Positions 31,527 to 41,099 of a DNA stretch of 64,000 nt are shown here, one piece after another (position 1 is the stretch's first letter; every line of letters begins with the position of its first letter). The DNA lies in assembly GCA_963804165.1 (NCBI GenBank), contig CAWDPO010000037.1, forward strand, positions 32,001-96,000. The letters run 5' to 3'. The position numbers were made by a program, and so were the translations under genes. Below the pieces are notes generated by a model that had not been told where the DNA came from, made no database searches, and saw only the letters and a program-made list of their open reading frames with translations. This DNA is from an uncultured delta proteobacterium. GTDB taxonomy: Bacteria > Desulfobacterota > Binatia > UBA9968.

Positions 31527-31547
31527 TTTTCGCTCCTTCGTCGCTTC

Positions 31548-31607
31548 AGAGTCTAGAGTCCCGAGTCTAGAGCTCGGGGTTGACTGACAACTGAATACTG
31601 ACAACTG
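31548..31607. repeat. Degenerate 7-bp tandem repeats
   Basis: agagtct agagtcc cgagtct agagctc followed by actgaca actgaat actgaca actg. Confidence 0.65.
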
Positions 31608-32609
31608 TTACTTTCCCGCGAGTACCTGATCGAGCAGCGTGTAATCCGTCACCGCGGCGACATTGATCGGCGCGGGTATCTGTTTTTGGCTGTACGCCAG
31701 ATCGAAATATTCTTGCATGTCTTTGATGCTGATCTTGCCGTCCGGGGTGAGAATCGATAGCCATTGATCGTACACGGTCTCGGCGGTTTTCGGCTCTAGT
31801 TTCCAGCGATCTTTAATGTAATTGACCACCCAGTTTTTTTCTTTGCGGCAAAAAGCCGTGGCGTCGAGCATGACGCGGATCACGTTTTTAATGCGCGGTG
31901 CATCGCTCTTGAGCTTGGTCTCGTTCACCACGAGCCCACTCGTTGGAAAATGCGTCGGCAATTCATCGGCGGCGCCGATTGACCGAAAACCTTTTTGCGC
32001 CATGATGACGTTGTGCGGCCCCGATAGAATCGCCGCCGACACCGCGCCCTGGCCCAAACTGGTTACGGTATTGGACACGGATCCCGTCTGCGTAAAAATC
32101 GCTTTGTCCGGATCGACACCTTTGTTCTTGAGCATCAGCCGCGCGACCAAATGCTGCAAGCTGCCGATGCGGTCGACGCCGATTCTCTTGCCGGCGAGAT
32201 CCGTGGGCCGCTGAATGCTCGGCTCGGCGATCAGATAAAAAGGCGGCTTGCGCAGGGAGATCATGATCCCTTTGAGCGGCACGCCCTGGCCGGTGGCGAC
32301 GATCCCGGTTGTGTAGCCCGTCAAGTAATCGATCTCAGCGCTGGCGAGCGCGGCTATCGGCAGCGGACCAGCCATTTGAATGAGTTCGACGTCTATCCCA
32401 TGCTTTTTGAACAATCCGGCGTCGCGCGCGACGAAGATATTCAAAAACGAAATGCTAAAAGCGGAGTAGGCCATGCGCACCTTCTTGGCGTCTTGGGCCA
32501 GAAGGGGCGCGCAATATTGCAGCAGGACGAGAACGCCAACCGCGATACCGATTCTTCGGTCGAACTGTCGAGGCAACCGCGGCTGATAATTCGACGATTT
32601 AACTTTCAC
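31608..32609 (-). CDS. ABC-type substrate-binding protein (NMT1/SsuA family)
   Basis: Signal peptide; VARDAGLFKKHGIDVEL, DLAGKRIGV, TDYTLLDQV. Confidence 0.9.
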   Translation of the reverse strand: MKVKSSNYQPRLPRQFDRRIGIAVGVLVLLQYCAPLLAQDAKKVRMAYSAFSISFLNIFVARDAGLFKKHGIDVELIQMAGPLPIAALASAEIDYLTGYTTGIVATGQGVPLKGIMISLRKPPFYLIAEPSIQRPTDLAGKRIGVDRIGSLQHLVARLMLKNKGVDPDKAIFTQTGSVSNTVTSLGQGAVSAAILSGPHNVIMAQKGFRSIGAADELPTHFPTSGLVVNETKLKSDAPRIKNVIRVMLDATAFCRKEKNWVVNYIKDRWKLEPKTAETVYDQWLSILTPDGKISIKDMQEYFDLAYSQKQIPAPINVAAVTDYTLLDQVLAGK

Positions 32610-32616
32610 CCGGCTG

Positions 32617-32646
32617 ACTATACGCAGCGGGCGGAAAACTTGTCAA
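32617..32646 (-). promoter_or_regulatory. Sigma70 promoter, probably producing a leaderless mRNA
   Basis: TTGACA-N18-TATAGT. The -10 box ends 7 nt before the GTG at 32609 and there is no RBS. Confidence 0.65.
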
Positions 32647-32695
32647 CGTGACGCGAGCTCCTAACAATTTTCCTCGACGTCATATCAGTTAGCGT

Positions 32696-32737
32696 AAAAA
32701 AAACTAAGGCCGAGCCGCTGATTGGCGGCCCGGCCTT
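32696..32737 (-). terminator. Rho-independent terminator of the lytic transglycosylase gene
   Basis: aaggccgagccgc/gcggcccggcctt stem followed by a T8 tract on the minus strand. Confidence 0.8.
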
Positions 32738-32767
32738 GTAAAGTAATTTCGCAAAAGCAAAAACGCG

Positions 32768-33985
32768 CTATATTTTCGGGATGCGCAGCGTGGTTCCGAC
32801 TTTTAACAGATGAGCCTTACGCAGTCCGTTGACCTGCAGAAGGTTTTCCACCGATGCCCCATAACGGCGAGCGATATCGTAAAGCGTCTCGCCGCGGCGC
32901 ACCCGATGATGCACGACCTGCGCCTGGGGCCGACTCGTGGCCTGCTGCACCTGGGCAACAGTGACGAGCGGCGGCGTGGTTCGATCGATGGGCAACTTCA
33001 TCCGGTAGCCTGCCGGGACGATGCGGCTTGTCGGAGTAAGGGCGGGGTTCCACCCCAAAAATTCGTCTCGGCTAAGTCCGGAAGAGCTGATCAACGCCGC
33101 CAGCGTTGTCTTGTTATTCAGCTCAACTTCTCTGATCTCGACGGGAGCATCGAGCTCGAGTCCGGGGAAATATTGCTGCAGGTTCATGCCGACCTCGACC
33201 GCGGCGAGAAACTCGGCGTAAAAGTGTTTGGGCGCGAAGCCCCAGTTGGGATGATTATACTTTTCGATCAGGTCGACCAGATTTTCCGACCCGACTTCCT
33301 CCACTGCGCGAGCCATACCTCCCTTTCCATAGTTGTATGAGGTGATCGCCAACGGCCAGCTACCTAAAAGCTCGTAGGCTTGCTGGAGATAGGACGCCGC
33401 GGCTCGGGACGATTCGATTGGATCGCGTCTTTCGTCGACTACGGAGTTCACTCGCATATATTCCCGTCCGGTGCGGGGCATGAACTGCCAGATGCCCAGA
33501 GCGCCGACCGACGATCGCGCGCTAATATCGTAAGACGATTCCACGATCGGCAGATAGGTGAGTTCCGGCGGCAGACCGCGGTCTTTGAAAATTTGCTTGA
33601 TCTGAGAAATATAGCGTCCCGACCGCTTGATGCCGGCGGCGGTTCTTTCCTTCACGCCGCGCTGCGCCTTGACCCGCTCGATATCGACGCCATTGGCGGC
33701 GGCGATGCGCGCGCGCTCGCCGTAGATATAGTCGTTCGATCGGCTTTCCTCGCCCACGTCGACGACCTCGTAGATCTTGCTCATGTCGGACGGATCGAAA
33801 TAGATCAATTGTGAAAGGCTGATTTCGCTAAAGACTTTTTTCCAAAAGTCTACGGCCGGCTCCAGGCCGGCGGGAAGAACGAACGGACTGGATTGAAGAG
33901 AACTTACCTGGGCGGAAGCGGTCGATGGCTGTAACACCAAAAGACCTAGTACAAGCAAGAGAAACCATTTTGCAATATCGCGCAT
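32768..33985 (-). CDS. MltD-like lytic transglycosylase (SLT + LysM)
   Basis: LPIVESSY, GALGIWQFMPRTG, AITSYNYG; C-terminal LysM HRVRRGETLYDIARRYG. Confidence 0.92.
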   Translation of the reverse strand: MRDIAKWFLLLVLGLLVLQPSTASAQVSSLQSSPFVLPAGLEPAVDFWKKVFSEISLSQLIYFDPSDMSKIYEVVDVGEESRSNDYIYGERARIAAANGVDIERVKAQRGVKERTAAGIKRSGRYISQIKQIFKDRGLPPELTYLPIVESSYDISARSSVGALGIWQFMPRTGREYMRVNSVVDERRDPIESSRAAASYLQQAYELLGSWPLAITSYNYGKGGMARAVEEVGSENLVDLIEKYNHPNWGFAPKHFYAEFLAAVEVGMNLQQYFPGLELDAPVEIREVELNNKTTLAALISSSGLSRDEFLGWNPALTPTSRIVPAGYRMKLPIDRTTPPLVTVAQVQQATSRPQAQVVHHRVRRGETLYDIARRYGASVENLLQVNGLRKAHLLKVGTTLRIPKI

Positions 33986-34014
33986 GCCAACTCCTTTTGC
34001 CAGGGTGGGGCTTG

Positions 34015-34030
34015 AGCAACCGCCGTGCCA
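34015..34030 (-). promoter_or_regulatory. Sigma54 (-24/-12) promoter
   Basis: Minus strand TGGCACGGCGGTTGCT, an exact TGGCACG-N4-TTGC match 30 nt upstream of ATG 33985, preceded by an AT-rich tract. Confidence 0.8.
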
Positions 34031-34264
34031 GACAAAGGCGGTGGCTAACCGCCGCATAATAAAGAAATTTTATTGCGGAAACAACCCAAAATGGTTGTCG
34101 GCTGGACAAATTTTACCGATGCCGGTCCAATTCGTGACCTGAATGTCACGGTCGGTGCGATGCGCATCGTCATGGCGAACTTTGGCTGCGACAAATTGAC
34201 CGCGATCCTGGCGCCGATTATAGTGCGGCGAAATTCTATCCAAGCGCTGCTACAGGAGAAATCA

Positions 34265-34768
34265 TTGGACCACTCGACACTAGTCATAATGAGCGAAGCG
34301 ATTCTGCGGGTTATTCTCGGCTGGCGCATGTTGATCAGCGGTCTGAGCAACGTGCGCCGCTGGCCCAATCCGGTGCAGACCGCGAGCATTTTATTCCCAA
34401 AGGGCGCGACAGTTTTCGGTTTCGTCGCGACATTTCTAATGGTCGTCGGCGGTTTCGGCCTCGCTGCGGGAATTCAAACGCCCATCTGCGCCCTGATGAT
34501 CATTATCTTTTTGATCCCAACCTTCGGCCTGCACTGGCACTGGCTCAAAGTACTGCCGACCATGGTGCCGGTTGTGAAAGCCGCGATCAAAGATGAAAAA
34601 GCGCAAAACTATTTTCGCTCCTTTGACCGGCAATCCTACCATGCCCACGAAGTGGGCCTGCGCGATAATCTCGTCTTTGTCGCCGCCGCCGCTTACTTTG
34701 CTGTGCGTGGCAGCGCCGGGTTCGGCGTCGACAATTGGTTCAGTGATTGGGTGATTCGGTTTTTTTAA
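34265..34768 (+). CDS. DoxX family membrane protein
   Basis: GGAG then TTG at 34265. AILRVILG...VGGFGLAAGIQT...FLIPTFGLH...RGSAGFGVD. Confidence 0.75.
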   Translation: MDHSTLVIMSEAILRVILGWRMLISGLSNVRRWPNPVQTASILFPKGATVFGFVATFLMVVGGFGLAAGIQTPICALMIIIFLIPTFGLHWHWLKVLPTMVPVVKAAIKDEKAQNYFRSFDRQSYHAHEVGLRDNLVFVAAAAYFAVRGSAGFGVDNWFSDWVIRFF

Positions 34769-34817
34769 TCTCAGAGATCCGAGTGCTGGCAAAGTGAAAT
34801 ATAAATGCGCCAAAGCT

Positions 34818-36092
34818 TTACAGACCGCCGACGAAACGGCCAGCATTGAGCAATCCTCTCGGGTCGAACTGCTGCTTGATGTCGCGCATGAGCGAGAACG
34901 TCCGAGGCGACTCACCCCAGACTTCCAATCCCTGCTTAAGATCCCCGTGCGCCGCATGGATCATCGCGTGGCCGTGGCGCGCGCGCGCCATGGTTGCGAG
35001 ATCGGAAAAACGCTGGGCCGCCGCCCTCGTTGGTTCGCAAGCTAACCAAATCGTGCCGCTCACGTTATCCACTATCATTTCGGTGTCATGCCAGTTTGTC
35101 GTGAGGTGAACAAAATCGAAAATCTCTGCGCGCGGCAGCGTGATGCGATAAATCAACCGTTTGTCTTGAAGAGGAAAATCCCTCACGGCGCGCCAAAATT
35201 GCTCGTGCTCGTCGCCGCCTAAGCATTGCGTGTCCATTTTGGCATTCTCGGTGAGCGTAGCTAGGTCGCGCCGGCACCGTACGATGGTTTCCTCGAAGCC
35301 TTCACACCATACGGCAACGCGCCATTGTTTGCGCGCGTGATCGTTTGACAGAATCACCGCCGCCGGCAACAGCCGGGAGTGGAATAACTCGTGCGTGAAT
35401 TGCCTGGCTTGCGAAAAATCTCCCAAGGCGATCGCTGTGGCCGAGCTTTCGGGAATCGGCGCTAGCCTCAATGTTACTTCGGTAATGATTCCAAGCGTGC
35501 CGAGCGAGCCGACGAATAGCTTGCACATGTCATAACCCGCTACGTTCTTGACGACCTTGCCCCCGGCTTTGATTTGCTCGCCGCTGATGAGAGCCACTTT
35601 CATGCCGATCACTAGATCGCGCACGCTGCCGTAACAACTGCGCCGTGTGCCATTGAGATTGGCGGCAACGATGCCGCCGACGGTGGACCGTTCGGGAAAC
35701 GGCGGGTCAAAGGGCACGAATTGTCGCTGGTCTGCGAGCAGTTGCTGCAGCGCAGCCAAGCTGATCCCGCTTTCTGCCGTGACAGTGAGATTGGCGTGGT
35801 CGTGTTCGATGACTTGGATTAGCCGTTCGGTGCTAACGACGACGTCCACTCGGCGTGGCGGATTGCCCAATGGCATCGCCGTGCCGCCGCCCCAAGGGAT
35901 TACACTCGCTTCTTCTTCCGAGCAGAGGCGCAGTGCGGCGCTGACCTGATCACGCGTGCCGGGCGTGCAGATCAGTGCGGGCTGTTTGCCGTCGATCTTG
36001 TGAGAGGCGAGCCGGTCGGCGTCAAGAGAGACCGTGTCAGCGCCCAACTCCGACGCCAGTCTTTGTGCCAATTGATCGGCAGTCGATTTCAT
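34818..36092 (-). CDS. glcE: Glycolate oxidase FAD-binding subunit GlcE-like
   Basis: STVGGIVAAN, GSVRDLVIG, GGKVVKNVAGYDMCKLFVGSLGTLG, IKQQFDPRGLLN. Confidence 0.85.
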   Translation of the reverse strand: MKSTADQLAQRLASELGADTVSLDADRLASHKIDGKQPALICTPGTRDQVSAALRLCSEEEASVIPWGGGTAMPLGNPPRRVDVVVSTERLIQVIEHDHANLTVTAESGISLAALQQLLADQRQFVPFDPPFPERSTVGGIVAANLNGTRRSCYGSVRDLVIGMKVALISGEQIKAGGKVVKNVAGYDMCKLFVGSLGTLGIITEVTLRLAPIPESSATAIALGDFSQARQFTHELFHSRLLPAAVILSNDHARKQWRVAVWCEGFEETIVRCRRDLATLTENAKMDTQCLGGDEHEQFWRAVRDFPLQDKRLIYRITLPRAEIFDFVHLTTNWHDTEMIVDNVSGTIWLACEPTRAAAQRFSDLATMARARHGHAMIHAAHGDLKQGLEVWGESPRTFSLMRDIKQQFDPRGLLNAGRFVGGL

Positions 36093-37396
36093 TTAGACGC
36101 TGCGTCGGCTTCGCTGCAGGCGCGGTCGAGCAGATCCATCAGATGATAAATTTTCACGTTGAGTCCGTGACGCTGTGCGCCGTAACGGAGCTGCAGAATG
36201 CAGCCGGGATTAGGCGCGACAATCGCATCGACATGTGTCGCGGCCACCGACTGCATTTTTTCTTTGAGCAGATGTTGCGACATATCGGCGTGGGTCAAGT
36301 TATAGATGCCGGCGCTGCCGCAGCAGCGGTCGGCGCCGTCCATTTCGACGAGCTTTAGTCCTGGGATCGACTGCAGCAACGTTCGCGGTTGCGCTCGAAC
36401 CCGCTGACCGTGCGCGAGATGGCAAGGGTCCTGATAAGTCACCGTCATTTCGACCGGGCGAAGCATGGCAACCAGTCCGAGACCGGCGAGATATTCGCCG
36501 GCGTCTTTAACCAGCGAACTGAAACGCTCCGCCTTTTCTCGATAGGCGAGATCGTCGCGCAATAGGTAGCCATATTCTTTCATCGCCGCGCCGCAGCCGG
36601 CGGAGTTGACGACGATCGCGTCGACGTTGGCTGCCAGAAAGACATCGATGTTGCGCCGTGCCATCTGCTTGGCGGCGGCGCTCTCGCCGTTATGAATATT
36701 CAACGCGCCGCAGCAGATCTGATTTTTTGGCAATACGACGTCGCAGCCGTTGCGCCTGAGCACGCGCACGGTGGCTTCGTTAACGTCGCCGAACAACAGC
36801 GGCATGACGCAGCCGTTGAGCATGGCGACCGTGGCGCGGCGCGCGCCGATCGCGGAAAATCTAGGCGCTTTGGGATGATAAAACCTTGACGGGATCGTGG
36901 GCAGCATCGAATCCATTTCCCGCAATTTGCCCGGTAGCAGCGCCCGCGCGATCGGTTGCAATCCGCTGCGTTGGTACAGACGCAGCAGAGTGAAGACAAA
37001 ACGCAGCCGGCGCGGATAGGGCAGCAAACGCGTGAAAACGAAATTCAGCACCGCGCGCGCGAAAGCAGAGCCTGGCGGGCCGAGCTGTTCGCGCGCCGTT
37101 TCGGCGATCCGACCATACTGCACGCCGGACGGACAGGCTGTCTCGCAGGCGCGGCAGAGCAGGCAGAGATAGATGTGTTCTTTGAAACGGTCGTTAAGCT
37201 CGATGCGTCCTTCGGCAGCGGCTTTGACCAGATGAATTCGGCCACGCGGCGACTCAGGCTCGAGGTGCAAAGCACGATAGGTCGGGCACTGATTCAAGCA
37301 AAGACCGCAATGCACGCACTGGTAAAGCTCGGGGAGATCCAATGCGGGCACCTTCGTGGTATCGGTGTCTTCGGGTTTGTTGCGCAGTAGTTCCAA
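36089..37396 (-). CDS. glcF: Glycolate oxidase iron-sulfur subunit
   Basis: CVHCGLCLNQCPTY, CLLCRACETACPSGV, CCG motifs, YQDPCHLAHGQ, CCGSAGIYN. Confidence 0.9.
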   Translation of the reverse strand: MELLRNKPEDTDTTKVPALDLPELYQCVHCGLCLNQCPTYRALHLEPESPRGRIHLVKAAAEGRIELNDRFKEHIYLCLLCRACETACPSGVQYGRIAETAREQLGPPGSAFARAVLNFVFTRLLPYPRRLRFVFTLLRLYQRSGLQPIARALLPGKLREMDSMLPTIPSRFYHPKAPRFSAIGARRATVAMLNGCVMPLLFGDVNEATVRVLRRNGCDVVLPKNQICCGALNIHNGESAAAKQMARRNIDVFLAANVDAIVVNSAGCGAAMKEYGYLLRDDLAYREKAERFSSLVKDAGEYLAGLGLVAMLRPVEMTVTYQDPCHLAHGQRVRAQPRTLLQSIPGLKLVEMDGADRCCGSAGIYNLTHADMSQHLLKEKMQSVAATHVDAIVAPNPGCILQLRYGAQRHGLNVKIYHLMDLLDRACSEADAASK

Positions 37397-37409
37397 TCGC
37401 GACCTTTCG

Positions 37410-37490
37410 TGAGTCTAGAGTCTCGGGTCTAAAGTTGACGAGCGAAGAAATCTGCTAGACCCGAGACACGGAACTCGAAACTCTAGACAG
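37410..37490. repeat. Inverted arrays of 7-bp repeats between glcD and glcF
   Basis: gagtctagagtctcgggtcta ... tagacccgagacacggaactcgaaactctagac; same unit as at 31548. Confidence 0.7.
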
Positions 37491-37492
37491 TT

Positions 37493-38929
37493 TCATATCC
37501 ACAACCCCGCCGGAATTTGTGCCGGCTGCAAACGTACTTCGCCACAGCTCGCTGGTGTTGGAAAAAGTTTCGCCGGATTGAACCTGTTGTCTGGGTCGAA
37601 AACGCGCCGCACTCGCGCCATCGCTGCCAAATCGGCTTCGTTGAAAAGCAAGCCGATGTAAGCCTTCTTCTCCAAGCCGACGCCGTGCTCGCCGGTGATG
37701 CTGCCGCCGAGCTCGATGCAAGCGCGCAAAGTGGCGGCGCCGGCTTCGATCACGCGGTCCAATTCGCCAGGCGCGCGCATATCGAACAAGATGTTCGGAT
37801 GCAGGTTGCCGTCGCCGGCGTGAAACACGTTGGCAATACGCAGGTTAAATTGTTTACTGATCTCGGTGATGCGCTTCATTATCTCCGGCAACTTGCTGCG
37901 CGGCACCACGCCGTCTTGGACATAATAGTTCGGCGCCAGGGCCCCCATGGCGCCGAAGGCGCCCTTGCGGCCTTTCCAAAGTCGCTGGCGTTCCGCTTCA
38001 TCGGCGGCAAGCTTGACTTCGCGGGCGCCGTCTCGTTGACAAATTTCGCGCGCGAGTTTTATGGCGCGCTCGGTGTGCTCGGTCAATCCCTCGATTTCGA
38101 CGATCAGCACCGCCTCGGCGTCGCGCGGAAAACCTACCGGCGCGCCACGCTCGACCGCCTCAATTGCCGTTCGATCCATAATCTCTAGCGCCGCGGGTAT
38201 GATTCCCGCGGCAGTGATATCGACGACAGTTTGAGTGGCGCAATCCATCTGATCGAAAATCGCCAAAAGCGTGCGCACCGACTCACGCGCGCGCATGAGC
38301 CGGACGATGACTTTGGTGACGATGCCCAGAGTTCCTTCAGAGCCGACGAAAACACCGCACAGATCGTAGCCCGGCGTGTCTGGAACTTCGCCGCCCAGCC
38401 AAACGATCTGGCCGTCATCAAGCACGACTTCGAGGCCGAGTACGTGATTGGTGGTGACGCCATAAGCGAGGGTGTGCGGCCCGCCGGAATTGTTCGCGAC
38501 GTTGCCGCCGATGGAACAGGCGGCTTGGCTGCTGGGGTCCGGCGCGTAGAAGAGACCATCCTTCGCCATGGCTTTGGTGACATCGATATTGATCACGCCG
38601 GGCTCGACGATGGCGACGCGGTTTTCGAGATCGATTTTCAAAATCCGATTCAGTCGTGCCAGTGAGAGAACGATGCCGCCCTCGGCCGGCACCGCGCCGC
38701 CGGCGAGTCCAGTGCCCGAGCCGCGCGGAATGATTGGAACGTCGGCTTGCTTGGCGATCTTTACGACTGCGGAAACCTGTTCAACATCGCCCGGCAGGAC
38801 GACGATCTCGGGCATGACTTGAAAGATCGAGCCGTCCTGTTCATAGACAATGACGTCTTCCTTTTCGATAAGGACGTAACGAGCGCCGACGATGGCGCGC
38901 AGCGCGTCAACTAGATTAACTCGATTCAT
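37493..38929 (-). CDS. glcD: Glycolate oxidase FAD-linked subunit
   Basis: PRGSGTGLAGGA, YAPDPSSQ, IGGNVANNSGG, FHAGDGNLHP, GSITGEHGVG. Confidence 0.9.
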   Translation of the reverse strand: MNRVNLVDALRAIVGARYVLIEKEDVIVYEQDGSIFQVMPEIVVLPGDVEQVSAVVKIAKQADVPIIPRGSGTGLAGGAVPAEGGIVLSLARLNRILKIDLENRVAIVEPGVINIDVTKAMAKDGLFYAPDPSSQAACSIGGNVANNSGGPHTLAYGVTTNHVLGLEVVLDDGQIVWLGGEVPDTPGYDLCGVFVGSEGTLGIVTKVIVRLMRARESVRTLLAIFDQMDCATQTVVDITAAGIIPAALEIMDRTAIEAVERGAPVGFPRDAEAVLIVEIEGLTEHTERAIKLAREICQRDGAREVKLAADEAERQRLWKGRKGAFGAMGALAPNYYVQDGVVPRSKLPEIMKRITEISKQFNLRIANVFHAGDGNLHPNILFDMRAPGELDRVIEAGAATLRACIELGGSITGEHGVGLEKKAYIGLLFNEADLAAMARVRRVFDPDNRFNPAKLFPTPASCGEVRLQPAQIPAGLWI

Positions 38930-39155
38930 GGCATTGAAGCCGCCCTTAAGCAGCCTATCCGAGGCAAGAATGAAGTGTCAAACAGCCAACAAAATTTAGC
39001 CTTCGCGAAGTTGAAAACCCCATACGCCGCACCAACGACTACTCGGCACTAACCAACTTTTCCTTGACGATATGGACATTGACGGAAATTCCCGAACTGT
39101 ATATAAGCGGGAAAAGTCACATTTGATGAAAGTAACCTTAACTAGGAGGCGGACC

Positions 39156-40346
39156 ATGAGTGAGCAGAAGAAGGCCGAGGAACAAAGCGCAAAAAAAGTA
39201 TCGCGGCGAAATGTCCTCAAAGCGGCGATGGCCGCGGGAGGTGCGGCCGTGCTCGGCTTCCCGATGATCGCCAAAGGGCAGGCGGGACCGATCTCGATGC
39301 GTTTTCAGAGCACCTGGCCGCAAAAGGACATCTTTCATGAGTATGCCCTCGACTTCGCCAAGAAGGTCAACGACATGACCGGCGGCGACTTGAAAATTGA
39401 GGTGCTGCCCGCCGGCGCCGTGGTGCCGGCCTTTGGTCTGCTTGATGCCGTCTCCAAAGGTACCCTCGACGGCGGTCATGGTGTGGTCGTATACCACTAC
39501 GGCAAGCAGACAGCACTCTCGCAATGGGGATCGGGTCCGGCTTTCGGCATGGACGCCAACACGATGCTCGCCTGGCATAAATACGGCGGCGGTAAGGACT
39601 TGCTGGAGAAGCTTTACAAATCGATCGGCGCCAACGTCGTCTCCTTTCTCTACGGCCCGATGCCGACCCAGCCGCTCGGCTGGTTCAAGAAGCCGATTAC
39701 GAAGGCCGACGACTTCAAGGGCATGAAGTTCCGCACCGTGGGCCTCTCGATCGACGTGTTCACGGGCATGGGCGCCGCGGTGAACGCGCTCCCCGGCGGC
39801 GAGATCGTGCCTGCGATGGATCGCGGACTGATCGAGGCGGCGGAATTCAACAACGCCTCGTCCGACCGCATACTCGGTTTTCCCGATGTCTCCAAGGTGT
39901 GCATGCTGCAGAGTTACCACCAAGCCGCCGAGCAGTTCGAGATCACGTTCAACAAGACCAAGTACGATGCCCTGCCGGCAAAGATGAAAGCGCTCATCGA
40001 ATACGGTGTGGAGGCGGCTTCAGCAGACATGTCATGGAAGGCGATCGACCGTTACTCGAAGGACTACATCGAGATGCAGACCAAGGACAAGGTAAGGTTC
40101 TACAGAACCCCCGACTCCGTGCTGCAGAGGCAGCTAGTCGTGTACGATGAGGCCGCAGCAAAGAAGGCCGCCGAAAATCCGATGTTCAAAGAGATCGAGG
40201 CCTCTCAGCGCCAATTCGCCCAGCGGGTGGTCAAGTGGCATCTCGATACGCAGATCAGCCCGCGCATGGCCTATGATCACTATTTCCGCAAGGCAGCCGC
40301 CAAGCCCGCGGCACCTGCCGCTAAACCGGAGCCCAAGAAGAGCTAG
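39156..40346 (+). CDS. dctP: TRAP transporter substrate-binding protein (TakP-like, Tat signal)
   Basis: AGGAGG RBS. SRRNVLK twin-arginine signal, MRFQSTWP, GWFKKPI...KGMKFR, IEAAEF. Confidence 0.9.
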   Translation: MSEQKKAEEQSAKKVSRRNVLKAAMAAGGAAVLGFPMIAKGQAGPISMRFQSTWPQKDIFHEYALDFAKKVNDMTGGDLKIEVLPAGAVVPAFGLLDAVSKGTLDGGHGVVVYHYGKQTALSQWGSGPAFGMDANTMLAWHKYGGGKDLLEKLYKSIGANVVSFLYGPMPTQPLGWFKKPITKADDFKGMKFRTVGLSIDVFTGMGAAVNALPGGEIVPAMDRGLIEAAEFNNASSDRILGFPDVSKVCMLQSYHQAAEQFEITFNKTKYDALPAKMKALIEYGVEAASADMSWKAIDRYSKDYIEMQTKDKVRFYRTPDSVLQRQLVVYDEAAAKKAAENPMFKEIEASQRQFAQRVVKWHLDTQISPRMAYDHYFRKAAAKPAAPAAKPEPKKS

Positions 40347-40375
40347 CCGCTCCGCGACGAATCCCAGCCATCTAT

Positions 40376-40408
40376 CCAACCATCTGCCATGTGGTAGATG
40401 GTTGGATG
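40376..40408 (+). promoter_or_regulatory. Intercistronic hairpin after dctP (mRNA stabiliser or attenuator)
   Basis: atccaaccatctgcca-tg-tggtagatggttggat near-perfect stem with no U tract. Confidence 0.55.
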
Positions 40409-40421
40409 GTTTTGCGTACCG

Positions 40422-41099
40422 ATGAACGCCCAGCGCCTGCTCCATGCCATCGATCAGATTAGTTACTGGTCGGGGAAAGCTTTCGCGTGGCTGATCGTCG
40501 CAGCTACCCTCGTGATTTCCGTCGAGGTCTTCAAACGCTACATCCTGAACGCGCCGACGGCCTGGATTTTCGATTTAAACAACATGCTTTACGGTACGCT
40601 GTTTATGATGTGCGGCGCATACACGCTCGCGCTCGGCGGGCATGTGCGCGCCGACTTCGTCTACGGGCGGCTCTCGCCGCGCCGCCAAGCGACTCTCGAC
40701 CTGGCGCTCTATTTTCTTTTTTTCATTCCAGGAATCCTCGCGCTCAGCTACGCCGGTTACGGTTATGCCAAGGAATCGTGGCTCATCGGGGAGCACTCGA
40801 CGGTGACCGCGGAGGGGCCGCCCATTTATCACTTCAAATCGGTGATTCCCATCGCGGGAGCGCTGGTGATGCTCCAGGGGGTAGCCGAGATCTTACGCTG
40901 CATCCAGTGTCTGCGCACCGGCACCTGGCCCGCGCGGCTCGAGGACGTCGAGGAAATCGACGTCATCGAAACCCAACTCTCGCATAGCGAGTTCATCGAC
41001 GAAGAGTCGCGTCGTACCGCCATGGGGTCGGCCCACGCCATTGACGAAGCGGCGCGTCATCGCAGCTCCATGGAGACCGAGGAAGAGAAAAAATCATGA
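40422..41099 (+). CDS. dctQ: TRAP transporter small permease
   Basis: Four TM; EVFKRYILNAPT, AYTLALGGHVRADF. Confidence 0.9.
   Translation: MNAQRLLHAIDQISYWSGKAFAWLIVAATLVISVEVFKRYILNAPTAWIFDLNNMLYGTLFMMCGAYTLALGGHVRADFVYGRLSPRRQATLDLALYFLFFIPGILALSYAGYGYAKESWLIGEHSTVTAEGPPIYHFKSVIPIAGALVMLQGVAEILRCIQCLRTGTWPARLEDVEEIDVIETQLSHSEFIDEESRRTAMGSAHAIDEAARHRSSMETEEEKKS

Noticed and set aside
30757-37490. Short repeat arrays as CRISPR remnants
   Set aside because: Units are 7-9 bp, adjacent and degenerate, with no unique spacers and no cas genes.
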